Notes: generated by a model not told the origin, from the letters alone. Shown: positions 30,765-43,315, counted from the first letter of the stretch. The stretch is DNA of 64,000 nt from Octopus sinensis (GCF_006345805.1 NC_042998.1:150040001-150104000); one strand, 5' to 3'. Program-made: numbers and translations.

Positions 30765-31258
30765 GTGTGTGTAACTGTATGTTAAGAAGTTTGCTTCCCA
30801 ACCAGATTGTTCAGGTTCAGTCCCATTGCGTAGCGCCTTCAGTAAGTGTCTTCTACTATTTCCGCGGGCCGACCAAAGCCCCGTGAATGGTTTTGGTAGA
30901 TAGAAAATGAAAGATGAGATCGTATGTTTATATAAATAAATGTTTGTCTCTGTGTATGTGCTTGTTCCCCACTCCACCGCTTAACAACCGGTATTGGAGT
31001 GTTTTCGTCCCAGTAACTTTAAATGTTCGTCAAAAGTACTCGATAGAATCTTTTATCTTTTACTTGTTTCAGTCATTTGACTGCGGCCATGCTGGAGCAC
31101 CGCCTTTAGTCGAGCAAATCGACCCCGGGACTTATTCTTTGTAAGCCCAGTACTTATTCTATCGGTCTCTTTTGCCGAACCGCTAAGTGACGGGGACGAA
31201 AACACACCAGCATCGGTTGTCAAGCAATGCTAGGAGGACAAACACACACACACACATA

Positions 31259-31320
<62 letters not shown>

Positions 31321-31507
31321 TATATATCAATATAGGGTGGCAAAAAATTTCGCAGAATGTTTTTGCCACCAGCGGCCTAGTGGGAAAAAAGTAAATAGTC
31401 ATAGACCATTTATAAATTCAACAGCAAAATTAAGGAACGGCCATAATAGGCCATAATAGGCCATAATAGGCCATTGAATGGCCTATTATGGCCGTTCCTT
31501 AATTTTG

Positions 31508-31582
<75 letters not shown>

Positions 31583-31755
31583 TATATTATATATAGATAT
31601 ATACGACAGACTTCTTTCAGTTTCCGTCTACCAAATTCACTCACAAGGCATTGGTCGTATAAGAATAAGTACTTAGCTTTAAAAAAGTACTGGGGTCGAT
31701 TCATTTGACTAAAAACTCATGGCCGCAGCCTAATGACTGAAAGAAGTAAAAGAGG
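30765..31755. mobile_element. Nested SINE B pair: plus-strand copy (30765-31050 and 31658-31755) interrupted by a minus-strand copy (31051-31657)
   Basis: The plus copy stops at ..cgatagaat and resumes at agaataagtac; the intervening sequence is a reverse-strand family B copy lacking its head. Confidence 0.75.
31328..31509. other. Hairpin-rich insert in the SINE's central (TA)n
   Basis: 11-bp inverted repeat 31336-31370; long palindrome 31423-31509 with 10-bp ggccataata repeats. Confidence 0.9.
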
Positions 31756-31881
31756 TAGATAGATAGATAGACATATATATATTATATATAGATATATATA
31801 TATATAGATATATATATATATAGATATATATATATATAGATATATATATATATATATTATATATATATATTATATATATAA

Positions 31882-31912
<31 letters not shown>

Positions 31913-31984
31913 CATGCATGCATGCTTGCCTACATACATACATACATACATATATACATACATACATACATACATACATGCTCA

Positions 31985-33690
31985 CATACACACTGTTTCT
32001 TTGTGGATGGTTTGAAACGTATATGCAAAAAATATACAATGAGATGAAAAAGACCCTTGACCTGGTTACAATATTTTCAAAGGATACTGGTTTGGATTTT
32101 GGTGAGGATAAATGTTGCTATATGGTTGTAAAAAGAGGGAAAACTGTAAAACAGATTAACCACATCTTCATCATAACTGTTTCCCCGTTATTTGACGAGG
32201 AATGTAACAGGGACCTTAGGGTGGATGAAAACATATCTTGCGATGACACCTCTAAGAAGACACGTGTCACTAAAGAATTTTACAGCCGAATAAAGGTAAT
32301 TTGTACCTCGGAACTTCCTGCATTCAATAAAATAGTGGCCCACAATGTGTTTACAGTGCCAATACTCATACCAACATTTGGGATACTTGATGAGATCTGA
32401 ACCATTGATGTAATAATGCGGAAGATATGATAGTAATCAGCACGCATAATTTCCACATCAATAGTGACGTAGACTGTATCTACCGAAAATGTAAACAAGG
32501 CAGCAGTAGATTAACATAAATTCAGACTGCCTTTGAATGTTGTAACATCTTTTAACCACCATGTATCGAAGTGAATCCCTTAAACAAATTTGCATACATG
32601 AGGCTGATAACATCGTGAGACTTGGAAAGCAGCTCCTTGAGCAGCATTCTTTATCTGATACATACCCAAAGAAGTCGCAACATATCATCAGATGAAAGGA
32701 TGAGTGTATATCAGCAGAAAACTAGGCATGGATATGTCAGTAGAAAGCTCCGGGATGATAGTAACATTGATCAGCAAAGCAGTATATTATGTACCAACAA
32801 CCGGATTACTAACTTCCACTTTGAAAGGAACGCGTTTGTAATTCAGGAACAGGAAATATCAACCAAATACTCGATGCGTAAGAGGGACAGCGATGCAGGA
32901 AAAACACCAAAATATGATAACCGATGCAGACTTCATGGGGTTAACGCCAAAGATATCACCCATATCATAAGCAGTTGTCCGAAATTTTCATCATGTTATT
33001 ATCTACCAGCGAGAGATGATAATGTAACTAAAACATTGTATCATGAGATCTGTCGGAAGGTATGGTAGAAGCCATAGCCACTCATAATGAAAAGGATTCC
33101 CAGTGAAAACCTCAAGAAAGTGTAAACATAAAAAAAACCTGACATAGTAATTTGGGATAGAGAAGAGGAGCTGTGTACAGTTGTAGAAATCAGCTGCCCA
33201 TCAAATGTTAGCATAACGCTAAAGATCAGTGATAAAGACACTTCCTATGCTGAACCATTGAGGAATCTACAGCTACTCTATCCAGATTAGAAGCTTAAGT
33301 TTATACCTGTAATTATTGGGGCACTGGGATATGTGACACACTGCCTAAGTACCAATTTAGGCTTCTCAAAACCAGAAAGGAGAAAGCTGATTCGAAGACT
33401 ATAGATCCAAGCTATCACTTGAACTGTAAAATCTGTATACATGAGCATGTCTAGACATGCTACTATGTGCATAAAAATACATACATAAAACAAAACATAC
33501 AAATCTTCACACACATATACGTACATACATACATACATACATACATACATACATACATACATACATACATACATACATACAAAATTACCTTGTTTATGTT
33601 GTTGAAATTCTAATGAAGGAGCCTTGGATCTGAGCTAGTAACCGATTCTCTATTGGCAAGATATCTTGAAATACAACTGAATGATGGCAT
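31985..33690 (+). mobile_element. Decayed R4-type non-LTR retrotransposon embedded in (TACA)n
   Basis: FFVDGLK (degenerate xVDDLK), FGEDKC, NKIVAHNVFTVPIL, CRLH..THIISSC, KPDIVIWD..VEISCP (RLE), IPVIIGALG; (TACA)n at ~31930-31978, 33513-33580 and 33688-33748. Confidence 0.85.
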
Positions 33691-34724
33691 ACATACATAC
33701 ATACATACATACATACATACATACATACATACATACATACATACATACTGCCATAAATATAATTGTGCTGTAATATGACGAACAGGCTTGCACTTCAGAA
33801 AGTTTTAAATCAGGTTAAAACACCAGACTTGTCATGCTACAGCACACTTCGATCTAATCGTTTGCAGTACACAGTATATTGTAGAAATTGCGGTTCATCC
33901 TCGGGCAAACAAAACGTAGCCAAAACAAATTCTAATTCGAGCCTCTTTAAAAATAAGAGAATTTATGAACTCCAGTCAGAAACAAGACAGCTACTGCATA
34001 GCTCCACGTCTTTCTGTCTCAACTTTTGAAAATCAAAGAAATCTATAAAACTGGTTAGATTTTTAAAAGATTTTAAATAAAAATTCTGAACGCATCTCTG
34101 TGCGTTTTCAACTTCCTATATATATATATATATAATATATATAATATATATATAAACGCATTTTATTTGGTTGCCATTTGAACTCAGAACCTTGAGATCA
34201 GCAAGCAATAGTGTAAAGTATATTACTATTATTATTATTATGTTCTGTTTTTTTTTTTTATCAGCGTCCTATCCATTGTTCTGATGTGAAAAGACAATAG
34301 AGATAACAACGAGGCTAATTGCTATAAACTCCCTTTGTTTACTATTATGAGTAGTCATGAAGGCAAAATTCAATTAGCCCACCGCCATTTCATTCTGAGC
34401 TAATTAGGATCTGAAATATATATTGATAATAAATTAGATATTGATTTGTTAATTAGGTACAAGGTCAATATATTTTTATTTTTATGTAGTTTTATTTATT
34501 GTCGTGCGTGTGTGAGTGTGTAGAGGCGGAACTAGGAGGCAATTAAATCAGCTGTAGCGTATAACAGATATTTTATGGACGTCAGAGGGTGTATAATGTA
34601 GATGGCAGCCTTCGCGTAGCGATTGAGGCTTAAATTCATTTATTTAGCTAAGGCGTTTGAAACACATAACAAGGGTAGACGTATTAATTTTACTTTTGGT
34701 ACAGGTGTAGTTGTGTGGAGGCTC

Positions 34725-34888
34725 GGGCGTAGCTCTGTGGTAAGAATCTTGCTTCCCAGCCACATGGTTCTGGGTTCAGTCCCACAAGTCTCTTCAGCAA
34801 GTGTTTTTCCTATGCCTCGGGCCGGCCTGAGCATTGTGAGTGGCTTTAGAAGACGGAAACTAAAAGAAGCTCGTTGTATATATGTGTT

Positions 34889-34919
<31 letters not shown>

Positions 34920-35170
34920 GTGTATGCATGTCTGCGTGTGTATGTGTCTTTGTATCTGTGTTTGTCCCCCACCATTACTTGACAACCGGTGTTGGTATAT
35001 TTACGCACCCGTAACAAAGCGGTCCGTCAAAAGAGACCGATAGAATAAGTACCAGGTTTAAAAACAAAATTAATATTGGGATCGATTTATTCGACTAAAA
35101 ATAATCCTAAAGGCGGTGTGCCAGCATATCCGCATTCTAATAACTGAAACAAGTAAACGAGAAAAGATAT
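34725..35170 (+). mobile_element. SINE family B
   Basis: gtggtaagaatcttgcttcccagccacatggttctgggttcagtcccac head; tail at ~35110-35165. Confidence 0.85.
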
Positions 35171-36031
35171 TTGTGGTCCGATGTCTAATTAATGATTAGA
35201 ATATTAGTAAGACGGCAAGACACCAAATCCCACAAAAAGACTCACAGCATTTAGTATCATCTTCCTGTGTTGTAAAGTTTAAATATTGCAACTATATAAT
35301 GTTGACCGGAGCAATAGTTTTACTTCGAAACTCACATCTAAGTATTTAGTCCGCTTTCCTGGTCCATCAAGTTGGCTGTGAAAGTAATAAAGGTTGCCAC
35401 AAGGTGGCTGTGAATCAAGAGATGCAAGCCTTTAAAGAGGCCAGAGCTCTCAGGGGTAGTAATAACTGGACACAAACTGAAGGCTTGATCAACCTCGGTC
35501 TAGTCACCTGAGTGATATTTGAATGGCACAAAACGCCCAATGACTTCAGGAAACATTACTGACGATATATCCAGGTGCAACACAGGATGATACATAGAAA
35601 ATGTTTTTATAAACACCATCTCTGCCAATCGATTAGTGATAATTTAACATCGGTTGAATGGAATCTACTACATTTCTTTAAATATAAAACACTACTATCA
35701 GCTTGGTGAACAGAAATCGATGCATTAAATATCGATCTGTTTGCGTGTATGTGTGTATATTCACTCAGGTGCATGATGTGTGTGTGTAGCCTTACATATA
35801 TGCCTGCATGTACGGATATCATCCGACAAGTGATTCTAAGGCAAAAACGTTGAGACTCGGGGAACGAATTAAATATTAAAAATGAGCTAATTACATTCCT
35901 GCTTTGAACAGGTGTCACCGATACAGGGAATGGTCAGTAAAGATGTGGCCAAACTGTAATTTTTCGAAGTTACACACACACGCGCATACACACAACACAC
36001 ACACACACCACACACACACACACACACACAC

Positions 36032-36071
<40 letters not shown>

Positions 36072-36102
36072 CATATACACACACATATATATGTATATAT
36101 GT

Positions 36103-36149
<47 letters not shown>

Positions 36150-36789
36150 GTACATACATACATACATACATACATACACACACACATACATACGTACATA
36201 CATACATACATACATACATACATACACATACACATACACATTCCCCTTTCATGTTTCCTCCAACCAATTTATTTCTTGTGTTCTTTCTGATCGCGAACGT
36301 CACTCAGATGCTACGTTCTCAAATTTTTGTCCTTCCTTCACATTCATATAGGCGACAAACGTCATAATTCTAAAATCCTTCGTACAAATACCGTTTTGAC
36401 AAATTTTTATTCGTTCCGTTTTCTGCCAAAAAGGCTACAATATATCTTTTATTGAACTCTGTCACATGTAAGTGTATTAAGCCACATTACATCTATTACA
36501 TGTTTATCAAATTGTATTACATGTGTAAACTGTACTACATATATCCGTCATCACTTTTTCGTCTCGGATGCGTTGTCCTTAACATTTCAAGGCTTTTTGC
36601 AACGTTTACTACTTCAATGATATTTGCACTTACAGTGATGTAACCAGAGAAGTAGTCCGATACGAATAAAATCTTCGGAACTTAAAAGCGCTGAAACTAC
36701 GCTTATTCAGATCCTCATCGCTGACGAGAGTTGCTCCATGATCAAGTGTCCCGTATCTTTAATTGCTTCAATGAACAACTTGATTTTTG

Positions 36790-36829
<40 letters not shown>

Positions 36830-36835
<6 letters not shown>

Positions 36836-37232
36836 TTCAGTTATTTAATTGCGGCCATGCTGGAGCACCGCCTTTAGTCGAGCAAATCGACCTCAGGACT
36901 TATTCTTTGGAAGTCTAGTACTTATTCCATCGGTCTCTTTTGCCGAACCACTAAGTTAGGGGGACGTAAACACACCAACATCGGTTGTCAAGCGATGTGG
37001 GGGGGGGACAAACACAGACACACAAACATACACACACACACACATATATATATATATGTATATATACATATATACGACGGGCTTCTAACAGTTTCCGTCT
37101 ACCAAATCCACTCACAAGGCTATGGTCGGCCGGAGGCTATAGTAGAAGACACTTGCCCAAGGTGCCACGCAGTGAGGATGAACCCGGAACCATGTGGTTC
37201 GTAAGCAAGCTACTTACCTCACATCCACTCCT
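36830..37232 (-). mobile_element. SINE family B, full-length
   Basis: Close match to 37310-37730. Confidence 0.92.
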
Positions 37233-37309
37233 GCGCCTATCTTAAATTTACTCATATGTGAATGTGTGTATGCTCGTATGTATAGTATGTATATTGTATG
37301 TTTTTCTTT

Positions 37310-37531
37310 ATTCTTTTATTCTTTTACTTGTTTCAGTCATTTGACTGCGGCCATGCTGGAGCACCGCCTTTAATCGAACAACTCGACCTGCGACTTATTC
37401 TTTTGTAAGCCCAGTATTTATTCTATCGGTCTCTTTTGCCGAACCGCTAAGTAACGGGGACACAAACACACCAGCATCGGTTGTCAAGCAATGCTAGGGG
37501 GACAAACACAGACACACAAACACACACACGC

Positions 37532-37562
<31 letters not shown>

Positions 37563-37730
37563 TACGACGGGCTTCTTTCAGTTTCCGTCTACCAAATCCA
37601 CTCACAAGGCTTTGGTTGGCCCGAGGCTATAGTAGGAGACACTTGCCCAATGTGCCGCGCAGTGGGACTGAACCCGGAACCATGTGGTTAGTAAACAAGC
37701 TACTTACCACACAGCCACTCCTGTGCCTAT
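37310..37730 (-). mobile_element. SINE family B, full-length, little diverged
   Basis: Minus-strand head ggcacaggagtggctgtgtggtaagtagc..gggttcagtcccactgcg; central (TA)/(CA); tail tgactgaaacaagtaaaagaata. Confidence 0.93.
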
Positions 37731-38346
37731 TGTATGAAAATAATTTGATTCAAATTCGTTTGTACTCTTGAGTTTCAAGAGCAATGCTGATGACTAGCAT
37801 CGCGCTTGAAAATCAAGATTACCAACGAATTTGAATGTAACTCCTAGTACATTGGTTGAATGCCCTCCTTTCCTTTGTACACTCAGTCGTATATATTTAT
37901 ATATATATTACATATTGACCAATTTTTAATATATATATATATATAGACACACACACACATACACACACATACATACACACATATGCAAACACAATATATA
38001 TACGTGCATACACACATTCATATATGAGTAAATTTTAGATTTGAATGTTGTTTCTAAACAACCACGATGAGTACTGGTTGGTTGGGATGAATTTTGTTCA
38101 GGGAGTTCCCTGTGGAAATTGGTCTTCATGAACCCGTTCTCCGGGATTTTGCAACAGAAAGTGAAATGGGAGGCGAAGCTATGATCCCGTAGGTTGTCCC
38201 GATGTTTGGGAATCACCCAAATAGAAGTGGGTGTTCCATAAATGCACATTCATACATACACACACACATACATTAATATATTGGCACTTACATACATGCA
38301 TACATCTACTAATGCATACACACATACGTACATGAAGACATGCATA

Positions 38347-38766
38347 CAGGGCCGAATTAAGACCCTTAAGGAGGTTAACGTCTTAAAAGATTTTGGTGCC
38401 CCCATGTATATTTAATTCAAGATATAAACAATAATAAACCATAAAACAAAATTCTGTATTTCTGAATGAAACAAAACTAACGGTAAGCGGGAAAATAATG
38501 TTTGTTTTTTGTATACTTCCACTTTATTCATATTTAAAAAGCTTTCTTCTGCTTTTATTTTTAATTGCAAACTCTTTGATCAGATCCTCACTATGACACT
38601 ATAAACACTTTGAAATTATATTTCTGATCATGTAAATCTCTTCGAATGTTAGAAAGTTTAAAGTGATCTCTGTTTTGCCTAATCCATTTCCCGTTTCTGT
38701 GCTTCCCCCGCTTCCCTTGGTGCTCTAAGCACGTGCCTATTTTGCTTAATGATTAATCCAGCGCTG
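38347..38766. mobile_element. hAT-like MITE (420 bp)
   Basis: TIRs cagggccgaattaa / reverse complement cagcgctggattaa (11/14); flanks catgcata / catacatg (6/8); subterminal ggtgccccc / ggtgctctaagc. Confidence 0.65.
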
Positions 38767-39934
38767 CATACATGTGTATGTACGAAGATGCTTACATATA
38801 TACATAACATGCATGACGATTTGATAGAGATCAATTCAGTAATGAGAAAGGACCATTACTTCTCACTGAGCCACAAGGCAACGATGACATTTTAGTTCAA
38901 CTGATTATTTGTAGTTTATACCACAACTACCATATAAATATCTCCTTTCAGTTAAATGCAATGCAGAATCATGGTATCTGACTTCGATACAGACACATGT
39001 CTCTGTAGACCACCACCAGAGAAAAAACAAATATCACAAGATTGACAGATATATGACATTTCAGATTGCAATGATTAATCAGTAGCTCGCTCTAGTTCAT
39101 GTACACTTTAAATGTTAACAAGACCAGTCTTAAAAGACAAGCGTGGCTACAAGTTGAACATTAAAGCAGCAGTAACTTTCTTCAGCTGAATACACGTCAT
39201 TGATTGTTTAAAATTACCCAAATACAACAACTTTAACACGAAATAACTTCTAAAATACAAAATTTTGTCAAAAACATTGAGAATAAACCTTGTTCCACGC
39301 GACACATTCAACCAGTCTCCGAAGTTTCAAACTGTTTAGTTTCAAAATATTAATTTAAAAAGTCTGTGACTGAGATTGAAGAGATCTCACGCTTAAAAAA
39401 AAAACTTTCTAGCCACTAAAGGTACTAAAGAATGAAGTACTCCAAGATTAACCTGAGAGTGAATAAAATATTTCATCCATATGGTTCCACGATTGCACTG
39501 TAAGGAAGATTGTAACTTTCCGAATGGTAGCCATGGTTTCTGAACTCTTTAGTTTCTTCATTAGGATTCAGTTCCTTGTTCAATATGCAGACGAAGTGGA
39601 TGAAAAAGATATGGCTTTTTGTTGTTTTATTTTTAAGCTTTATCATACAGCATTATTTTAGCCTCGGCAGGATTCTTTCTCGTATAGAGAAGATAAACAA
39701 AGTTTTATTAAGATTTATTGTGAGGCTTGAAATGTAAGACACTAACAATGAAATTATATCCATAAGAATTTCACGATCTTTATCACTGTACATGTTGACT
39801 CTTGTCAGTTATACATAAATGGGTGGTGTAGAACTAGACCATTTTCAGATTGAATAACTTAACACTTATGTCGTTGTTTCTCTGTGTATATAAACCTAAC
39901 TTTCTGTCTATCTGTCTATCTATCTATCTATCTA

Positions 39935-40168
39935 TCTTATTTCTTATTGCCCACAAGGGGCTAAACGTAAAGGGGACAAACAAGGACAGACACGTGGATT
40001 AAGTCGATTACATCGACCCCAATTCGTAACTGGTACTTAATTTATCGACCCCTAAAGGATGAAAGGCAAAGTCGAACTCGGCGGAATTTGAACTCAGAAC
40101 GTAACGCCAGACGAAATACTGCTAAGCATTTTGCCCGGCGTTCTAACGTTTCTGCCAGCTCGCCGCCT
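39935..40168 (-). mobile_element. SINE family C
   Basis: Ends ..ttctgccagctcgccgcc (reverse complement of the head); one internal unit. Confidence 0.9.
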
Positions 40169-40173
40169 TTCTG

Positions 40174-40274
<101 letters not shown>

Positions 40275-40362
40275 TTATCTATCTATCTACCTAACAGTAT
40301 CTCTGTCTACCTACCAAACCAGCTTTATATGTACACATGCACACACATGCGCGCATACATAC

Positions 40363-40449
<87 letters not shown>

Positions 40450-40943
40450 CATATTTCGTGCTCAGTTAGATAGTACCTTTGTATCACACCAGTAGTAAAA
40501 AAAAATTGTCCGCTGCTAAATTCTTCATCATTCATTGATTGGTATTTAGTGCTTTGTTTAAACTGTTTTAAATAATGATATATACAATCCCCACTAAATA
40601 TGCTGAGCGCATTTTTCTTTCGTTTGTTTACTCAATCTTATATATCAATTTGGTTGTAACTCTTGAAGAAGGGATACTCCAACCTGTTAAATCAGACTAA
40701 CAAGAATAATTTTGCCCTCTTTGTTTTCCCCATCTTTTTCCTTTTATTCATTCCTTTTTATTTTCATTTTTTCCAGTCATATTTTTTATTACAGCCACGC
40801 AAGGTCTAGTTGAACAAATCCATCTTTTTAAAATCTAGTACGTATTCTATCGGCCATTTGTTGATTTTAATCACCTTATTTTGAAATCGTATGGATAATA
40901 CCGTACTAAATTCTGGTCCCTCAACCTAAGTACCATATTCATC

Positions 40944-41025
<82 letters not shown>

Positions 41026-41026
41026 A

Positions 41027-41057
<31 letters not shown>

Positions 41058-41064
41058 ATATAAT

Positions 41065-42135
41065 ATATAAATATATGCATATATATATACAAACATATAT
41101 GTACATACCTACATATATATGTATATATATATACATGCATATATGGGTACAGGACATCAAAAAACGTTGAACACTATGAGAAACAAAAACATTAAAACAA
41201 AAACATAGTAACGAACTTTTTTTCGAACAACGAAAAAAACAGAGAAACGAGACATACAACATAAAGAATATTCCCCTTCTTTAATTGTCCCTGTATCATC
41301 TACTCCGCGTTCGAAGGCAAGGACAAAACGCGACTCCGTTGAAACAGTCCTTCCCGCAAAGCAAATTAGGGATCTTTTGAGGAGGGTGAAAGTGGTAACA
41401 AGAACAGGACAGTGAGAACAAAACAGTAAAAACAAACGGTGAGGGTTGTTAAGCCAAGACGATAGAAAAATTATTATGAACGCTAGGAAGACGAGTTTAT
41501 GAAGGAGACAATAAAAGCACGTTTTGTCTTTACGAAGGTAGTGGTCAGAAAGATAGATTCTCTTTCGTCACGTGTCAGCGACGAGAGAGTCGAGGAGGAG
41601 GAGTGAGTGAGAGAGAGGGAACTGTGAAGAGGAGAGGAGAAGAATAGGAAAGGGTGAGAGAGAAAACCAGAAAGGATGAAGAATAAGAGAGGGATAGAGA
41701 TAGACAGAGAAGAGATAGTAAAGATAGAAGAGTGCGCATCGTAATTATTAAGATAAAACTTACTTGGAAAAGGATGTCTGGCGTTCGATCATATAATAAT
41801 ATAAATAATTGCTTTGCGGGAAAAACTCTTTCAGAACAGTCGCATCTTGTCCTTGCCTTCGAACGTAAAGTTGAAGAAGGGAAATATTCTTTATGATGTA
41901 TGTCTCGTTTCTCTATTTTTTTCGTTGTTCGAAAACAAGTTCGTTCCTATGTTTTTGTTGTTATGTTTTCGTTTTTCATTGTGTTACACGCTTTTTTTGA
42001 TGTCCTGTAGCCATATACGCATGTATATATACATATATATATATATAGGTATGTACATATATGTATGTAAATATGCATATATTTATATATCATTTATATT
42101 ATTATATGACCGAACGCCACGCATCCTTTTTCCAA
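41065..42135. mobile_element. ~750-bp non-coding unit followed by an inverted partial copy (Penelope-like architecture)
   Basis: 41807-42135 is the diverged reverse complement of 41760-41807 joined to 41065-41372; ORFs 41014-41262(-) and 41814-42254(+) are near-duplicates. Confidence 0.85.
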
Positions 42136-42164
<29 letters not shown>

Positions 42165-42170
<6 letters not shown>

Positions 42171-42536
42171 ACTACTATATCGCTCCACCACCGCTCATGC
42201 TTCTCTGAGACATTTAGATATTCAATACTTCTAATTTTGGTGATCAGTAACTAAATTTTACTGATAATAGGATATATTTGCAGAGAGCGAGCGAGACTTA
42301 CTACCCTGGACTGATGACGAGCAATACACTCAGAAACATATGTCTTCAGGTGCTAGTCCCAGCTGGCGGGGGTGCTTGCCTCCCCTTTGCAAATATAAGG
42401 ACACAGAAAATGTGTCAAAGCCGACAGGAAACGTCGATGTTTCCTAGGGCTAAATGGCGGTGGTGTAATTCCCTTACGAGACTGTCACGTTGAGTTGACA
42501 GTATACAATCACTATATCACTCCACCACCGCTCATG
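42165..42536 (+). mobile_element. 337-bp unit with 35-bp terminal direct repeats carrying a hammerhead motif (retrozyme-like)
   Basis: Direct repeats 42165-42199 and 42502-42536 (3 mismatches, period 337); sits between TA/TC microsatellites. Confidence 0.75.
42301..42356 (+). ncRNA. Type I hammerhead ribozyme motif (predicted GUC cleavage after 42344)
   Basis: Stem I ccugga/uucagg; core CUGAUGA 42311-17; stem II GAG-caauaca-CUC flanked by C and A; GAAA 42333-36; palindromic stem III ACAUAUGU; GUC triplet. Confidence 0.65.
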
Positions 42537-42559
42537 TCTCTCTCTCTCTCTCTCTCTCT

Positions 42560-42611
<52 letters not shown>

Positions 42612-42612
<1 letters not shown>

Positions 42613-42785
42613 GAAATGACAGGCTTCCGCACAGTTTTCGTCTACCTAATTTGCTCAGAAGGCATTAGTCGACCCGGGTCTATAGTATAAGACATTTGCC
42701 AAAGTGCTGCGCAGTGGGACTGAATCCGAAACCATGTGATTGACTGGTATGCGAATTTCTTAACCCCAAAGCCATTTGTGTGCCT
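42612..42785 (-). mobile_element. SINE family B 5' half
   Basis: gcagtgggactgaatccgaaaccatgtg. Confidence 0.8.
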
Positions 42786-42789
42786 GGCT

Positions 42790-43060
42790 TTCCTTACACC
42801 AACTAGGTTTCTCAAGTGGTCACCTGTCTTTTACTAACTCAGCCCGACGCTTATCATTCTAGAACCGATGTTATCAACGTGATATGGCCGTAAACATATA
42901 TTTTTACCATCAGTCACGTATCTCTCTAATTTTAAGATTGCATGCCATTTCCCCACATGTTATATATTAGATTCTGCTGCTTGTTTCTTCTTAGTTTAAA
43001 CAGTTCGATCGGAATCCCATCAACGCCAGCAGTTATTTTCTATTTTTAACTTTTAACTTC
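42790..43060 (-). pseudogene. LINE RT N-terminal fragment
   Basis: Minus-strand TAGVDGIPIELFK followed by a degenerate YRPI-like segment. Confidence 0.6.
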
Positions 43061-43315
43061 TGACAAAGCAACACATCATTTACGTAAAAAGTGTTTTATT
43101 GGAATTTGGTGAATGAATTCTAAAGTATAGAACCAAGCACTAAATACCAATCAATGAATGATGAAGATTTTAGCAGAAAACTAAAAAGTATTTTACTACC
43201 AGTGACAAATGGGTATTAGTTAAATCTTTAGAGTTTTGCTGTCCTTTGCCCTAAAAAAAGCACGTGCATAATTCTTTTATTCATTCATACATACACACGT
43301 GCATACATCATACAT

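Noticed and set aside
36715-36745. CUGACGA-GAG-uug-CUC
   Set aside because: Followed by CAUG instead of GAAA; the catalytic core is incomplete.
37740-37815. Small overlapping palindromes (tttcaagagcaatgct..agcatcgcgcttgaaa)
   Set aside because: Imperfect 16-bp arms with no TSD or second copy in the window; not enough to call a MITE.
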